Source of the DNA: an uncultured delta proteobacterium
GTDB taxonomy: Bacteria; Desulfobacterota; Desulfomonilia; UBA1062
Direction of reading: 5' to 3'
Assembly (NCBI GenBank): GCA_963752595.1
Contig: CAVVYZ010000014.1
Coordinates: 32,001 to 96,000, forward strand
Length of the DNA: 64,000 bases
Part shown: piece after piece, positions 18,808-29,614 of the stretch
Layout: each line of letters begins with the position of its first letter
How positions within the stretch are numbered: the stretch's first letter is position 1
Notes under the pieces: generated by a model
Database searches by the model: none
The model's input: the letters and a program-made list of their open reading frames with translations, nothing else
What the model was told of the DNA's origin: nothing
Translations under genes and position numbers: made by a program

Positions 18808-21458
18808 GTGAAAAATTAGGAAAATATCCGATCAGCGCCGGTTGCGTATCTGCCCTATGGGTATTGTTCGCTGTCATATGCATCCCATCGCAGCTGATGG
18901 CCGGCAAAGACATTATACAGGCGGGCGGACGGCCCGGCCAGTCGCGTATTGTCTTCTATCTCGGAGAGCTTGTCATACCGAGAATCATCCAGGAAGATCA
19001 GTCATTGATCGTCAATTTTCCGGACACTATCGGAGACCCTGTCTCGATAACGGACAGTTTCATGATCCAGAATCTTACTTTTGACGGCAAGACTGCCAAA
19101 ATATCCATGAAGCAGCCTTTCGAATTCTCCACCAGCTTTACCGAGAAACCGGCTCATTACGTGATCGATATCATCGAAAAGAAAGAGGGAGAGACCTTCT
19201 GCCCCATCGGAGATATTCAGGCCAAGCCCAACAATAACGGGATCACAGTGGAGATCTTTACCCAGAACGGTATGTGGCCCGAAGTCCGCTATGCAAAAAA
19301 CCGCCGCGTTTTCCTCATTTTCAAAGGGGATGTGAATTGTCCCGATATCGAGAAGAAAATCTCCAGGGTTCCATCTCTGAGGCTCGAAGAATCCATCAGG
19401 ATGCAGGGCGGCACTGCACTGGCCGTAAGCATCATTGACGGGCAGGCGGATGTGGAGGTAAAAGCCGAGGAAAAAAGCAATAAAATCATCCTGGATATCA
19501 ATACTTCCGGCCGGATGAGCCGTTCGAATATAGTAGCGCTCGCAGAAAAATCGTTAGAGCAGAATGATACCGCGTCAACGATTCATGCCCTTGAACGCTA
19601 CAAGGATTCACTTACCTCCCGGGAGAGCATCCTCCTCGGGAAGGCTTATTGGAAGATTGCGTATCCCTACTATATGGAAGCATACTCGATGAAAGCACTG
19701 AAATACATGAGTGCAGGCATCCAGGGCATGACTCCCGGAATCGGGCGGGAGGAGGTCATGCTCGAATACTTGCGGATGCTCAATCATGCCAGGATGTTCA
19801 CCGAGGCAGCGAAATATGTCAAATTTCTCAAAGATTCCATTGATACCGGGATAGCGGCAGAGGCCTACCTGATCGAGATCGCCGTCCTGAACAACAAGAA
19901 GATGTTTCAGGATGCCTTTGTCGAGAACAGACGCATGCTGAGCGTATTTGAAAAAGAAGGCATTCCCCAGAACCTCAAGGCATGCTACAACACGGTCCTC
20001 GCGGATACGTATCTCGGCCTCAATGCCTATTCCCGCGCCATGAAGCTCTACCGGGACGCGCTGACGGAAGATCCCGGGCTCTTCACCGCCGACCCCGGCC
20101 TCTATGCCCGGATGGGAGAAGCCGCCTACAACTCGGCTGATTATGCCACGGCAAAAGACTATCTCCTCCTTGCCATCAATGTAAGCCGCAAGGAAGACAA
20201 GGCACCGTATCTTATATCTCTCGGTGACTGCCTCTATCAGCTGGGCCAGACGGAAAAGGCAATGGGAGTGATGTCCGAGGTGGAGAATATGTCGCCCGAC
20301 AGCCAGAGCGACGTCATTGCCAAGCTCAAAACCGCCCGGATGATCCAGGAAAAGGATATGGAGAAAAATATCGGCAAGCTCTCCGATAAGGCCTTCCACC
20401 AGATCATTTATATCTATGAAGACCTCAAATCGACCAAGGAATACGAGGAGGGCCCCTTAGGATCGATCATCAAGATACGCCTGGCCCAGACCTATGTAAA
20501 ACGGAACGAATGGGACAACGCCCTGGATGCGTACCAACTGGCCTGGGCAGGCACGAAGAAGGACGACCCTATCCACAAATACGCCCAGGGAGAAGCTGAG
20601 AAGGCACTGGCCGTCCATCTTGGGAACCTCGATACCTTGGAAAAGTATGACCGGATCTGGGATCTCTATCTTCTCTATCAGGACAGCTTCATGAAGGATC
20701 TGAAAAGTCCGGAGGCCCTGTTCCCTCTCGGTAAGGCCATGAACGAGATGGGGTACCTGGACCAGGCGCACGCAATGCTTCTGGCCTGTATCAGAACTGC
20801 CTCCGCCAAGACCGATCAGGCCTTATTCATCTTGTTTTCGATTGACTACAGGAAGGCTGACTACGCCTCGGCGCTTGTATGGAATACGCGGTACCTCCAG
20901 GGATATCCCCAGGGGAAAGACTTTGTAAAGATGCAGGCAATCCGGGGAGAGATCCTCTACAGGACGAACCATTTTGCCGAGGCCGTACCGTTCCTGGAGC
21001 ACTCCATACGGCAGGGCGGCGAGAGAACCCTTTTCGACCTCTTCTATCTGGCAAATACCTATAACAAGCTCGGCAACCAGTCAGGCGAGGATGCAGCGCT
21101 TGACCGGATCGTCGAGTACGCTGATTCCATGAGGTCTCCCGTCATAGAAAAAGCCCTCTATACAAGGGCGAACGGGCTCAAACAGACCGGAGGCCTGGCA
21201 AAGGCACGAGTGCTTTACACCAAGCTGCTCAATACCTATCCTCAGACATCCGTCAGGGACTGGGCGTTCTACCATCTTGCTTTAGTATACCATGGCGAGG
21301 GCAACGATGAGGAGGCAACAAAGCTTCTGACTGCCCTGATCCAGCGGAGCAAGGACAAAACGTTGCTCCGTCTCGCGAATAACTCTCTTGGGGAATTGGT
21401 CCTGGACAACGAAATTCACGAATATACGAGATTCATAGACCGTTTTGGAGGGAAGTAG
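18808..21458 (+). CDS. Large exported TPR-repeat protein, flagellar-cluster associated
   Basis: ORF 18864-21458 with many TPR-like helices; adding one A to the A-run after GTG 18808 restores signal peptide MKKLGKYPISAGCVSALWVLFAVICIPSQLMA. Confidence 0.82.
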
Positions 21459-21466
21459 CAACTGTT

Positions 21467-22792
21467 ATGTCCATCGCGATCCTCGACCCTGACAAATCTA
21501 CAGTGACCATACTCGCGGAACTTATCGAAGACATGGGGGAAACGCCCTGCCCTTTCACGGACAAGGACAAGTTCCTCGGCGCCATCAACCCCAAATCCCA
21601 TTCCATCGCGATTATCTCAGATGATTTCCTGGATGTCGTCGAGGGCACCAAGCAGGTGTACCAGGACATCGAGGTCGTAGCCACCGGCACACAGTTCTGT
21701 GATCTCGCGCTCCAGGCAGGTGCTTCCCATTACCTGAAGAAGCCTTTCCTGGCAGAGGAGTTCCGCCAGGTCATCAATGTCATCCTCCATGCCAAGAAGA
21801 ACAAGGGTTCATCAGAAACCGGATCGTTCATCGCACATGACAAAGGCATGAGAAAGATCATCGAGATGCTCGATAAGGTAGCCCCGACCCAGGCGCCGAT
21901 TCTCATCCAGGGTGAGTCCGGAACCGGCAAGGAAGTCATCGCGCGATACATCCACAAGCTCAGCAAGCGCGCTACAGGCCCCTATGTGGGAATAAACCTG
22001 GCGGCCATACCCGATACCTTGCTGGAGAGCGAACTGTTCGGATACGAGAAGGGAGCCTTTACCGGCGCCTATGCCACGAGGGTCGGGAAGTTCGAGCTCG
22101 CCCATGACGGGACCATCCTCCTCGATGAGGTCACTGAGATCAGCATAGGGCTCCAGGCCAAGCTCCTCAGGGTCCTCCAGGAAAAACAGATCGACCGCGT
22201 CGGGTCCAAGGCCCCCATCGCCGTGGACTTCCGGGTGATCGCCACGACCAACCGTGATATCGAGATCGATGTAAAAGAAGGCAGGTTCCGCAGAGACCTC
22301 TATTTCCGGCTGAATGTGATCCCCATCAAGGTCCCGCCGCTTCGGTCCAGGAAGGATGACATCCTCCCCCTTGCTGCGCACTTCATCACAAAGATCGCCA
22401 GACGCGAAGGCATGGGAGAGAAGTTTTTGACACCCCAGGCAAAAGATGCCCTCTTGGGCTACTCGTGGCCCGGCAATGTGCGGGAGCTCGAGAATGTGAT
22501 CGAGCGCTCCATGATCCTGACCGATGGACCCGAGATGTCCCCGGAGACGATCACGCTCGGCATGGAAGGCAGTGAAGAGGCCCCCGGACAGGCTGTCGGC
22601 GTGGGCACGACCATCCATGATATGGAGAAGAATCTCATCATGTCCACCCTGCAGAGCATGGACGGCAACCGGACAAAGGCGGCAACGCTTCTCGGCATCA
22701 GCATCCGGACCCTGCGCAACAAGCTCAACGAGTACTCGGGAAATGGTCAATTTTCCGACGCCGATCCGGTCAATTCCGTGGACATCGAGTAG
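21467..22792 (+). CDS. sigma54-dependent activator (FlrC/FleR-like) with atypical receiver domain
   Basis: [51 protein letters not shown]; directly upstream of flgB. Confidence 0.9.
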   Translation: MSIAILDPDKSTVTILAELIEDMGETPCPFTDKDKFLGAINPKSHSIAIISDDFLDVVEGTKQVYQDIEVVATGTQFCDLALQAGASHYLKKPFLAEEFRQVINVILHAKKNKGSSETGSFIAHDKGMRKIIEMLDKVAPTQAPILIQGESGTGKEVIARYIHKLSKRATGPYVGINLAAIPDTLLESELFGYEKGAFTGAYATRVGKFELAHDGTILLDEVTEISIGLQAKLLRVLQEKQIDRVGSKAPIAVDFRVIATTNRDIEIDVKEGRFRRDLYFRLNVIPIKVPPLRSRKDDILPLAAHFITKIARREGMGEKFLTPQAKDALLGYSWPGNVRELENVIERSMILTDGPEMSPETITLGMEGSEEAPGQAVGVGTTIHDMEKNLIMSTLQSMDGNRTKAATLLGISIRTLRNKLNEYSGNGQFSDADPVNSVDIE

Positions 22793-22825
22793 GCTCCAGC
22801 GGCATAAAAAGACCTTTTTCCCCCT

Positions 22826-22841
22826 TGGTACGAGTATTGCT
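22826..22841 (+). promoter_or_regulatory. sigma54 promoter of flgB operon
   Basis: TGGTAC-GAGTA-TTGCT. Confidence 0.8.
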
Positions 22842-22867
22842 TATTTTATACAAGAGAGGAGGGAATT

Positions 22868-23257
22868 ATGCCAGGAATCTTTGGAAAAGAATTTTCGGAA
22901 CTCACCTCGGTCATGAATTTCCGCCTGTTCCGCCAGGGGGTCATTTCCAGCAATATCGCAAATATTGACACCCCGGGATACAAGGCAAAAGAAACATCCT
23001 TTGATGAAGAACTGCAAACCCGCCTGCAGATGAGCACCACCACCCCGGAGCACATCCCTTCTCCCGACACGGCCGGAGCGATCTCCTTCCGTGTCGCGGA
23101 GGACCCGTACTCCCGCATCGGAAACGACTCCAATACGGTGGACATCGACCGCGAGATGATGAAGATCAGCCAGAATCAGCTGCTTTATGATGCATCGGCC
23201 CAGGCGGTCCAGACAAAAATTACGGCGATCAAAGAAGCCATACGAGGGATACGATAA
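22868..23257 (+). CDS. flgB: Flagellar basal-body rod protein FlgB
   Basis: SSNIANIDTPGYKA, NTVDIDREM. Confidence 0.95.
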   Translation: MPGIFGKEFSELTSVMNFRLFRQGVISSNIANIDTPGYKAKETSFDEELQTRLQMSTTTPEHIPSPDTAGAISFRVAEDPYSRIGNDSNTVDIDREMMKISQNQLLYDASAQAVQTKITAIKEAIRGIR

Positions 23258-23661
23258 TGGACCTATTCACCGCAATGGATATCAGTGCCAGCGGCATGAG
23301 GGCGCAGAGGACCCGGCTGAATGTCATCTCCTCCAATATCGCCAATGCCCACACGACGAGGACGGACAAAGGCGGCCCCTATCAGCGCAGGGACGTGATT
23401 TTCCGGGAGAACTCTTTCGAGGATCAGCTCAGCTCCGTGGAGGTCGAGTCCATCACCAGCGACCCCACGCCCGGAAAGCGCACATACGAACCGAGCAATC
23501 CCGATGCGGACGGGGAAGGATATGTGACCCTGCCCAATGTAAATCTCATGGAAGAAATGGTCAATATGATCGGAGCGACACAAGCCTTTGAGGCGAACAC
23601 CACTGCCGTCAAGGCCGAGAAGGACATGGCCCTGAAGGCAATCAGCATAGGGAGGCTGTAA
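23257..23661 (+). CDS. flgC: Flagellar basal-body rod protein FlgC
   Basis: ISASGMRAQRTRLNVISSNIANA, GPYQRR, GYVTLPNVN. Confidence 0.95.
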   Translation: MDLFTAMDISASGMRAQRTRLNVISSNIANAHTTRTDKGGPYQRRDVIFRENSFEDQLSSVEVESITSDPTPGKRTYEPSNPDADGEGYVTLPNVNLMEEMVNMIGATQAFEANTTAVKAEKDMALKAISIGRL

Positions 23662-23951
23662 TGCGTATAGAACTGTCGGATTTTCCACGCTTGAGCATCG
23701 ACCAAGGTGAACGGAGTCAAAGCAAATCGCCCAAGGAAAGCTTTGTCGATACCTTGAAGCAGGCGGTCGAAATCACGAACAAGCAGGCCAAGGAGGCTGA
23801 CCGCTCTGCACTGGAGCTTGCCAAGGGCGAGAACGGGAACATCCACGAGACAATGATCGCCATGCAGAAAGCGGATGTCAACCTCCGACTCCTGATCGCG
23901 GTGACCAACAAGCTCATTGAAGGCTATAACCAGCTTACACAACTGAGATAA
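23661..23951 (+). CDS. fliE: Flagellar hook-basal body protein FliE
   Basis: IHETMIAMQKA, NKLIEGYNQL; synteny. Confidence 0.92.
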   Translation: MRIELSDFPRLSIDQGERSQSKSPKESFVDTLKQAVEITNKQAKEADRSALELAKGENGNIHETMIAMQKADVNLRLLIAVTNKLIEGYNQLTQLR

Positions 23952-23953
23952 GT

Positions 23954-25570
23954 ATGAAAGACATTTTCTCAAACATAGCGGCATGGTTTTCCCGAACGAG
24001 CACCGTCCAGAAGCTCACCGTTTTTGGGATGCTCGGTCTGGCAATAGCCGTCATCGTCGTATCCCTCATGTGGGCTTTCGAACCCAAGTACCAGTATCTG
24101 TTCACCAATCTAGCCGAGTCGGATGCTTCGATGATAGTCCAGCACCTCAAGGAAAATCGTATCCCCTATAAACTGACCAAAGCGGGAACAGCTGTCATGA
24201 TCCCGGAGAAAAGCGTGTATGAGACAAGGCTGGACCTGGCTTCCAAAGGCCTGCCCAAGGGCGGTACCGGAGAAGGGTTTGCATTGTTCGACCAGACGGG
24301 ATTCTCCACATCCGAGTTTGTCCAGAAGATCAATTTCCAGCGTGCCCTCCAGAACGAACTCGCCAATACCATCATGTCCCTGGAGGAAGTGGACTACGCC
24401 AGGGTCCATATCGCGCTCCCCAAGGAGAGCGTCTTTATCGAAGACGAAAAGCCCGCGAAGGCCTCCATTGTCGTGAAACCGAAGCAGGGGCTGACCATAC
24501 CTCAGGGCCAGGTCCAGGGCATCGTGTATCTGGTGGCGAAGAGCGTACGGGGCCTCGACCCCGAGAACATCAGCATCGTGGATATCCGGGGCAAGGTGCT
24601 CTATGAGGGCAAGAAGGATTCGGCATCCATATCCCTTGCCAACAATTACCTCGATGTCAAGCATACCACCGAGAACGCGCTACAGGGCCGTGCCCAGGAC
24701 CTCCTGGAAAAGATCCTGGGGCCGGCGGCCGCGGTGGTAAAAGTGAGCGCGGACATCGACATGGACATGGTCAAGAGCGTCGAGGACAACTATGATCCCG
24801 AGGTCCATGTAGTCAGGAGCGAGGAGTTGAAAAATGCGTACAACGGCAGCGATACCATAAATGGCGGGATTGCCGGGACCCAGTCAAACCTGCCCACCGG
24901 CAGGGGAGGACCGGGATCCATCCCTGACAACGCCTCGGAAGGCCGGTCCAATGTCGTCCGGAACTATGAGATCGCACGGAACCAGACCGAGCGGGTCAAA
25001 TCACCGGGAAAAATCACCCGGCTGACCGTATCCGTGGTGGTTGACGGCACCTATAAGACCGATGCTAAGGGCAACAAAACCTTTTCCGCAAGGAATGCAG
25101 ATGAGCTCAAACGCATCGAAGATGCGGTGAAACAGACCGTGGGCTTCAGCGCCGACCGCGAGGATACGTTCTCCATATCCTGTATGCCCTTTACACAGGA
25201 AGGTCCGGAATTAGCGGCCCTGGCGGAGAAGGCGAAGAAAAATGAGCTCCTGGCCTCGCTTATCAAGCCTGCCGTCTTCCTCGTAACCACGCTGCTTGTC
25301 CTGCTGTTCGTTGTACGGCCTCTCATGCGGTGGCTGTCAAAGTCATTCAAGATCATCGAAAGGGGCGCTGATAAGAGAAGGGCCCTGCCGACGGCAGATG
25401 ACCTGCCCGAAATAACGGGAGAAGAGGTGCCTCAGCTGGAAGCCATCACGAAAGGAGAAGAAATAAAGCATGCCGTTCAGGGCAAGCGCAAGGTGATCGA
25501 AAAGGGCAGCAAGGATGATATGAACACTGCCACCGCGGTTGTGAAATCCTGGTTGCAGGAGAACGTCTGA
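23954..25570 (+). CDS. fliF: Flagellar M-ring protein FliF
   Basis: Two TM segments; ARVHIALPKESVF, ASIV, NYEI. Confidence 0.95.
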   Translation: MKDIFSNIAAWFSRTSTVQKLTVFGMLGLAIAVIVVSLMWAFEPKYQYLFTNLAESDASMIVQHLKENRIPYKLTKAGTAVMIPEKSVYETRLDLASKGLPKGGTGEGFALFDQTGFSTSEFVQKINFQRALQNELANTIMSLEEVDYARVHIALPKESVFIEDEKPAKASIVVKPKQGLTIPQGQVQGIVYLVAKSVRGLDPENISIVDIRGKVLYEGKKDSASISLANNYLDVKHTTENALQGRAQDLLEKILGPAAAVVKVSADIDMDMVKSVEDNYDPEVHVVRSEELKNAYNGSDTINGGIAGTQSNLPTGRGGPGSIPDNASEGRSNVVRNYEIARNQTERVKSPGKITRLTVSVVVDGTYKTDAKGNKTFSARNADELKRIEDAVKQTVGFSADREDTFSISCMPFTQEGPELAALAEKAKKNELLASLIKPAVFLVTTLLVLLFVVRPLMRWLSKSFKIIERGADKRRALPTADDLPEITGEEVPQLEAITKGEEIKHAVQGKRKVIEKGSKDDMNTATAVVKSWLQENV

Positions 25571-26586
25571 TGATAAAACTGAAAAAGATCGACGGTCCCC
25601 AGAAGGCAGCCATCTTCCTCATGGCCATGGGTGACGAATTCACCCGCAATGTGTTCAAAGGTTTGACGGATTATGAGATCAAACTGCTGGGGAAGCGCCT
25701 TGCAAACCTTGAAGATGCAACCATCCCGGTGGATGTGGTGCAGAATGTCATGGACGAGTTCTCAATGTTGAGTTCCCAGGTGAGCGGCGTCACCGGAAAG
25801 GGCATGGGCTACCTCAAGGATGCCCTTGTCTCGGCCCTGGGTGCGGATAAGGCAAAACCGATCCTGGAATCCATTTCTATGGCGACCGACACCACGGCAT
25901 TCTCATCGCTCAAAGGGGTAGACCCCCTGATCCTCGTGGACTACCTCAAAGGAGAGCACCCGCAGACCGTGGCCCTGGTGCTTGCCCATCTCGACTATGC
26001 AAAAGCCGCCCAGATCATCAAGGAACTGCCCGAGAAACTCCAGCCCGAAATCATCTTCCGGATGGCAAATCTAGGCATGGTGCCGGCAGGCGTTATCGAA
26101 GACCTCGACCAGGTTCTGCGCAAGGAGATCGAGGCCATGGGCTCCACCGAGAGCAAGAAGCTTGGGGGCGTCGAAACCGTTGCCGAGATCATGAACCAGA
26201 TGGACCATAATACCGAAAACAATATATTTTCGTTCCTAGAAGAAATGGATGCAGACCTTGCCGAAGGCATCCGCCAGAAGATGTTCGTGTTCGAAGATAT
26301 CGTCGGCATCGACAGCCGCGGCATCCAGACCATCCTCAAGGAAATCACGAATGAAGAGCTTGCCCTTGCCTTGAAGACAGCCAGCGAAAACCTGAAGAGC
26401 CTCATCCTGAAGAACATGTCCTCGCGAGCTTCCGAGATGCTCCTGGACGATATGGAAGCCATGGGGCCCGTGAAGCTTTCCGATGTAGAGAATGCGCAGC
26501 AGTCCATCGTCCGTGTGGCGAGAAAGCTTGAGGCAGGCGGCAAGATCGTCATCGGCGGAAAGGGTGGTGAGGATGTCCTCGTCTAG
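25570..26586 (+). CDS. fliG: Flagellar motor switch protein FliG
   Basis: KAAIFL, EHPQTVALVL, MFVFEDI, NMSSRA, MGPVKLSDVE. Confidence 0.96.
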   Translation: MIKLKKIDGPQKAAIFLMAMGDEFTRNVFKGLTDYEIKLLGKRLANLEDATIPVDVVQNVMDEFSMLSSQVSGVTGKGMGYLKDALVSALGADKAKPILESISMATDTTAFSSLKGVDPLILVDYLKGEHPQTVALVLAHLDYAKAAQIIKELPEKLQPEIIFRMANLGMVPAGVIEDLDQVLRKEIEAMGSTESKKLGGVETVAEIMNQMDHNTENNIFSFLEEMDADLAEGIRQKMFVFEDIVGIDSRGIQTILKEITNEELALALKTASENLKSLILKNMSSRASEMLLDDMEAMGPVKLSDVENAQQSIVRVARKLEAGGKIVIGGKGGEDVLV

Positions 26587-27226
26587 GATACTCAAGGGAG
26601 ACAAGAAGCACTCCTCCGTGACCCCCTATACCATCCAGGAGATGGAGTCCAAAACAAAGCCCGGCAAGCGGGAAGAAGCATCGAAGGATGCCGAGACCAT
26701 CATCAGAAATGCGCGGGAGATAAAAGAATCCATCGAGATGGAAGCCTACAAAGAAGGGATCCTGAAAGGTCAGGAAGAGGGCCGGAAGATGGCGATCAAG
26801 CAGATCGAGCCTCTTTTCGATACCCTGAAAAATGCCTTGGAAGAATTGTCCGATCTACGGTCCGCCATGATTGAAAAACACCAGGAGCAGATCCTTGAAA
26901 TAGTTTTCCTCATTGCAGAAAAGGCCATACACCGCCAGATTCATCTATCTCCCGACATCATCCTGGATACGGTCCGCGCAGCGAGCAGTCATCTCACCGA
27001 AACCGAAGAGATACGCATCCGCCTCCACCCTTCGGATTTCGAATACATCAGGGAAATAGAGGCGATCATCTCCAAGAAACTCACAGGGAGAAATACCATC
27101 CACGTCATTGAGGACAGCTCCATAGATCGCGGCGGATCCGTCATCGAGACCGAATTCGGTGACATCGATGCAACCGTTCGCTCCCAGATTGAACATATGA
27201 AGGAAGTGGTTATCGATCATGACTAG
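26573..27226 (+). CDS. fliH: Flagellar assembly protein FliH
   Basis: AxxxGxxxGxxxG repeat, IRLHPSD, GGSVIETEFGDIDA. Confidence 0.9.
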   Translation: MSSSRILKGDKKHSSVTPYTIQEMESKTKPGKREEASKDAETIIRNAREIKESIEMEAYKEGILKGQEEGRKMAIKQIEPLFDTLKNALEELSDLRSAMIEKHQEQILEIVFLIAEKAIHRQIHLSPDIILDTVRAASSHLTETEEIRIRLHPSDFEYIREIEAIISKKLTGRNTIHVIEDSSIDRGGSVIETEFGDIDATVRSQIEHMKEVVIDHD

Positions 27227-28538
27227 TCTCGCAAAATATGCGGCCATCCTCAAAGAGACCGATCCCATCCAGGTGCGGGGAAAGGTCACGAACATCGTGG
27301 GCCTGGTGGTCGAAGGCCACGGCCCAGGAAGTTCCATGGGCGGCATGTGCGAGATATACTCGAAGCAGATGAACACCTCCATCATGGCAGAGGTCGTGGG
27401 ATTCAGGGACAAGCGGGTTCTCCTCATGCCGCTCGGAGATTTAAGCGGCATCGGTCCGGGCAGCACCATCATAGCGAGAAAGTCGCATCCGTCCGTCAAG
27501 GTCGGCAGGGAACTCCTCGGCAGGGTAATAGACGGTATGGGCAACCCCCTTGACAGCCATGGAACGCTTATCCTCGGAGAAGAAATACCGCTGTATGGAA
27601 AGCCCATGAATCCTTTGAAAAAGAAGCGCATTACCGAGCCGCTGGACCTGGGGATTGCGGCAGTAAACGGCATCCTGACCATCGGCAAGGGACAGCGCAT
27701 GGCCATCATGGCAGGCTCCGGCGTGGGCAAGAGCGTCCTCATGGGCATGATGGCGCGCCACACCAAGGCGGATGTGAACGTGATCGCGCTCATCGGCGAA
27801 CGCGGCAGGGAGGTGAAGGAATTCATCGAAAGGGACCTGGGGGAAGAAGGGCTGAAGCGCTCCGTGGTCGTTGCGGCCATATCCGACCAGCCTGCCCTTA
27901 TCCGCGTCCGGGGAGCCTATCTTGCCACCGCCATCGCTGAATACTTCAGGGACAAAGGGCTCGACGTGCTCCTCATGATGGATTCCGTGACCCGGTTTGC
28001 CATGTCCATGAGGGAGATCGGCCTGGCAGTCGGCGAGCCTCCCACTACCAAAGGGTACACCCCTTCATGCTTCGCGAGACTGCCCAAACTCCTCGAGCGG
28101 GCCGGGAATACCGCTTCCCAGGGGAGCATTACGGGGCTCTATACCGTCCTCGTGGAAGGCGATGACATGAACGAACCCGTTGCGGACAGTGTCCGCTCGA
28201 TCGTTGACGGGCATATCGTGCTCTCCAGAGATCTTGCGGCAAGAAACCATTATCCTGCCGTCGATATCCTCAGGAGCGTAAGCAGGGTGATGAACGATAT
28301 CGTGACCAAGGATCATATGAAGATGGCCCGTAAGGTTCTGGAATACAAGGCGGTCTATGAAGAGGCGCGCGATCTCATCAATATCGGCGCCTATGTTTCG
28401 GGAAACAACCCCCAGATAGATACCGCCATCAAGCACATCGACGCCATCAATGCCTTCCTGAAGCAGGATATCGATGCAATGGTAAGCATTGAGGGGGTTT
28501 TGGGCATGATGAAAAAGATCCTGTCCGGGGCAGACTAG
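27219..28538 (+). CDS. fliI: Flagellum-specific export ATPase FliI
   Basis: AGSGVGKS, IGERGREV, MDSVTRFA, GEPPTTKGYTPS. Confidence 0.96.
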   Translation: MTSLAKYAAILKETDPIQVRGKVTNIVGLVVEGHGPGSSMGGMCEIYSKQMNTSIMAEVVGFRDKRVLLMPLGDLSGIGPGSTIIARKSHPSVKVGRELLGRVIDGMGNPLDSHGTLILGEEIPLYGKPMNPLKKKRITEPLDLGIAAVNGILTIGKGQRMAIMAGSGVGKSVLMGMMARHTKADVNVIALIGERGREVKEFIERDLGEEGLKRSVVVAAISDQPALIRVRGAYLATAIAEYFRDKGLDVLLMMDSVTRFAMSMREIGLAVGEPPTTKGYTPSCFARLPKLLERAGNTASQGSITGLYTVLVEGDDMNEPVADSVRSIVDGHIVLSRDLAARNHYPAVDILRSVSRVMNDIVTKDHMKMARKVLEYKAVYEEARDLINIGAYVSGNNPQIDTAIKHIDAINAFLKQDIDAMVSIEGVLGMMKKILSGAD

Positions 28539-28547
28539 AGGATCATT

Positions 28548-28988
28548 ATGGGATTCCGTTTCCGTTTTGAGACGCTCTCCAGAGTCAGAAAGATTCGAGA
28601 AGACTTGGCGCTGCAGGAGTTCTCCAAGGCTCAAAAGGTGCTCATCGACCTGGAAAACCTGAAAGCCGCAATTCTTTCCAGGAGGGCTTATGTATGGCAG
28701 AATCTCACAGAGAAGATGGACTCCGGAATTACGGCGCAGGAGATTATTTCCTACAATAATTACATCTTTTATCTGGAAGCCGGTATCACCGAGGCGGAAA
28801 AGCAGATCGCCCAGGCACTGAAAATAATCGAGACAAAGCGTCAGGAACTGCTCAAGGCGAAAAAGGAAGCAAAAGCCATCGAGCGCCTCAAGGAAATAGA
28901 CCTGGAACGATATACGGCGGAACAGGCGAGGCAGGAGATGAACTTCATTAATGAGATCGCAGTCCAGCGGCATGGGAGAATACAATGA
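28548..28988 (+). CDS. fliJ: Flagellar export protein FliJ
   Basis: FRFRFETL, coiled coil, follows fliI. Confidence 0.88.
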   Translation: MGFRFRFETLSRVRKIREDLALQEFSKAQKVLIDLENLKAAILSRRAYVWQNLTEKMDSGITAQEIISYNNYIFYLEAGITEAEKQIAQALKIIETKRQELLKAKKEAKAIERLKEIDLERYTAEQARQEMNFINEIAVQRHGRIQ

Positions 28989-29614
28989 CCGGAAAAAAAA
29001 TCCTTTTTATCGCGATAATAGTGAATCTCTTTTTCCTTGGAATATATTTTTCCATCGATCCCCTTTCCGCGGCGGAAGAAAAGCAATCTCAGAGCGCTGC
29101 CAAGAAAGAATCCGCCCAGGATACCAGGGCTGCATGGGACTCTCTCAGGCAGCGGGAAGAACTTTTGAGGATCAGGCAGCAGGAATTGAATGAGCTGGAG
29201 AAGCGGATCGATGAGAAGATCAGGCGTCTCTCGGTGCTCGAAGCATCCATCAAGGTCGAACTCAGCTCGTACAAGCAAGTGAGCGATGAGCGAGTCAAGC
29301 ACCTCGTCAAGATCTATTCCTCCATGAAGCCGAACGCGGCAGCTAATCTCATGAACCAGATAGACCTCGAAGTGGCCACAGAGGTTTTCCTCAACATGAA
29401 GGGCGAGATAGCAGGCGGAATCCTCTCCTACATGGATACCCAGAAGGCCGCAGCCATCACCAAGAGGCTCATGAGCAACCGCAGGAGACAAGCTTCCGGA
29501 CCTTCTGCTCCCGAACCGGTACCTGCCCCGGCACCGGCACCCACCTGCAGCGGCAACCCAGCCCCAGCAGCAGTAATATTCCGGTATCCTCGTATCCAGC
29601 GAGAAGTTGGATAA
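28985..29614 (+). CDS. MotE/FlbB-like (MgtE_N domain) flagellar protein
   Basis: N-terminal TM, coiled coil, LVKIYSSMKPNAAA, ILSYMDTQKAAAIT; Pro/Ala tail may be frameshifted. Confidence 0.8.
   Translation: MTGKKILFIAIIVNLFFLGIYFSIDPLSAAEEKQSQSAAKKESAQDTRAAWDSLRQREELLRIRQQELNELEKRIDEKIRRLSVLEASIKVELSSYKQVSDERVKHLVKIYSSMKPNAAANLMNQIDLEVATEVFLNMKGEIAGGILSYMDTQKAAAITKRLMSNRRRQASGPSAPEPVPAPAPAPTCSGNPAPAAVIFRYPRIQREVG

Noticed and set aside
29500-29580. Short repeats encoding PAPEPVPAPAPAP
   Set aside because: Low-complexity linker; not a CRISPR or mobile repeat. No CRISPR array was seen anywhere in the window.
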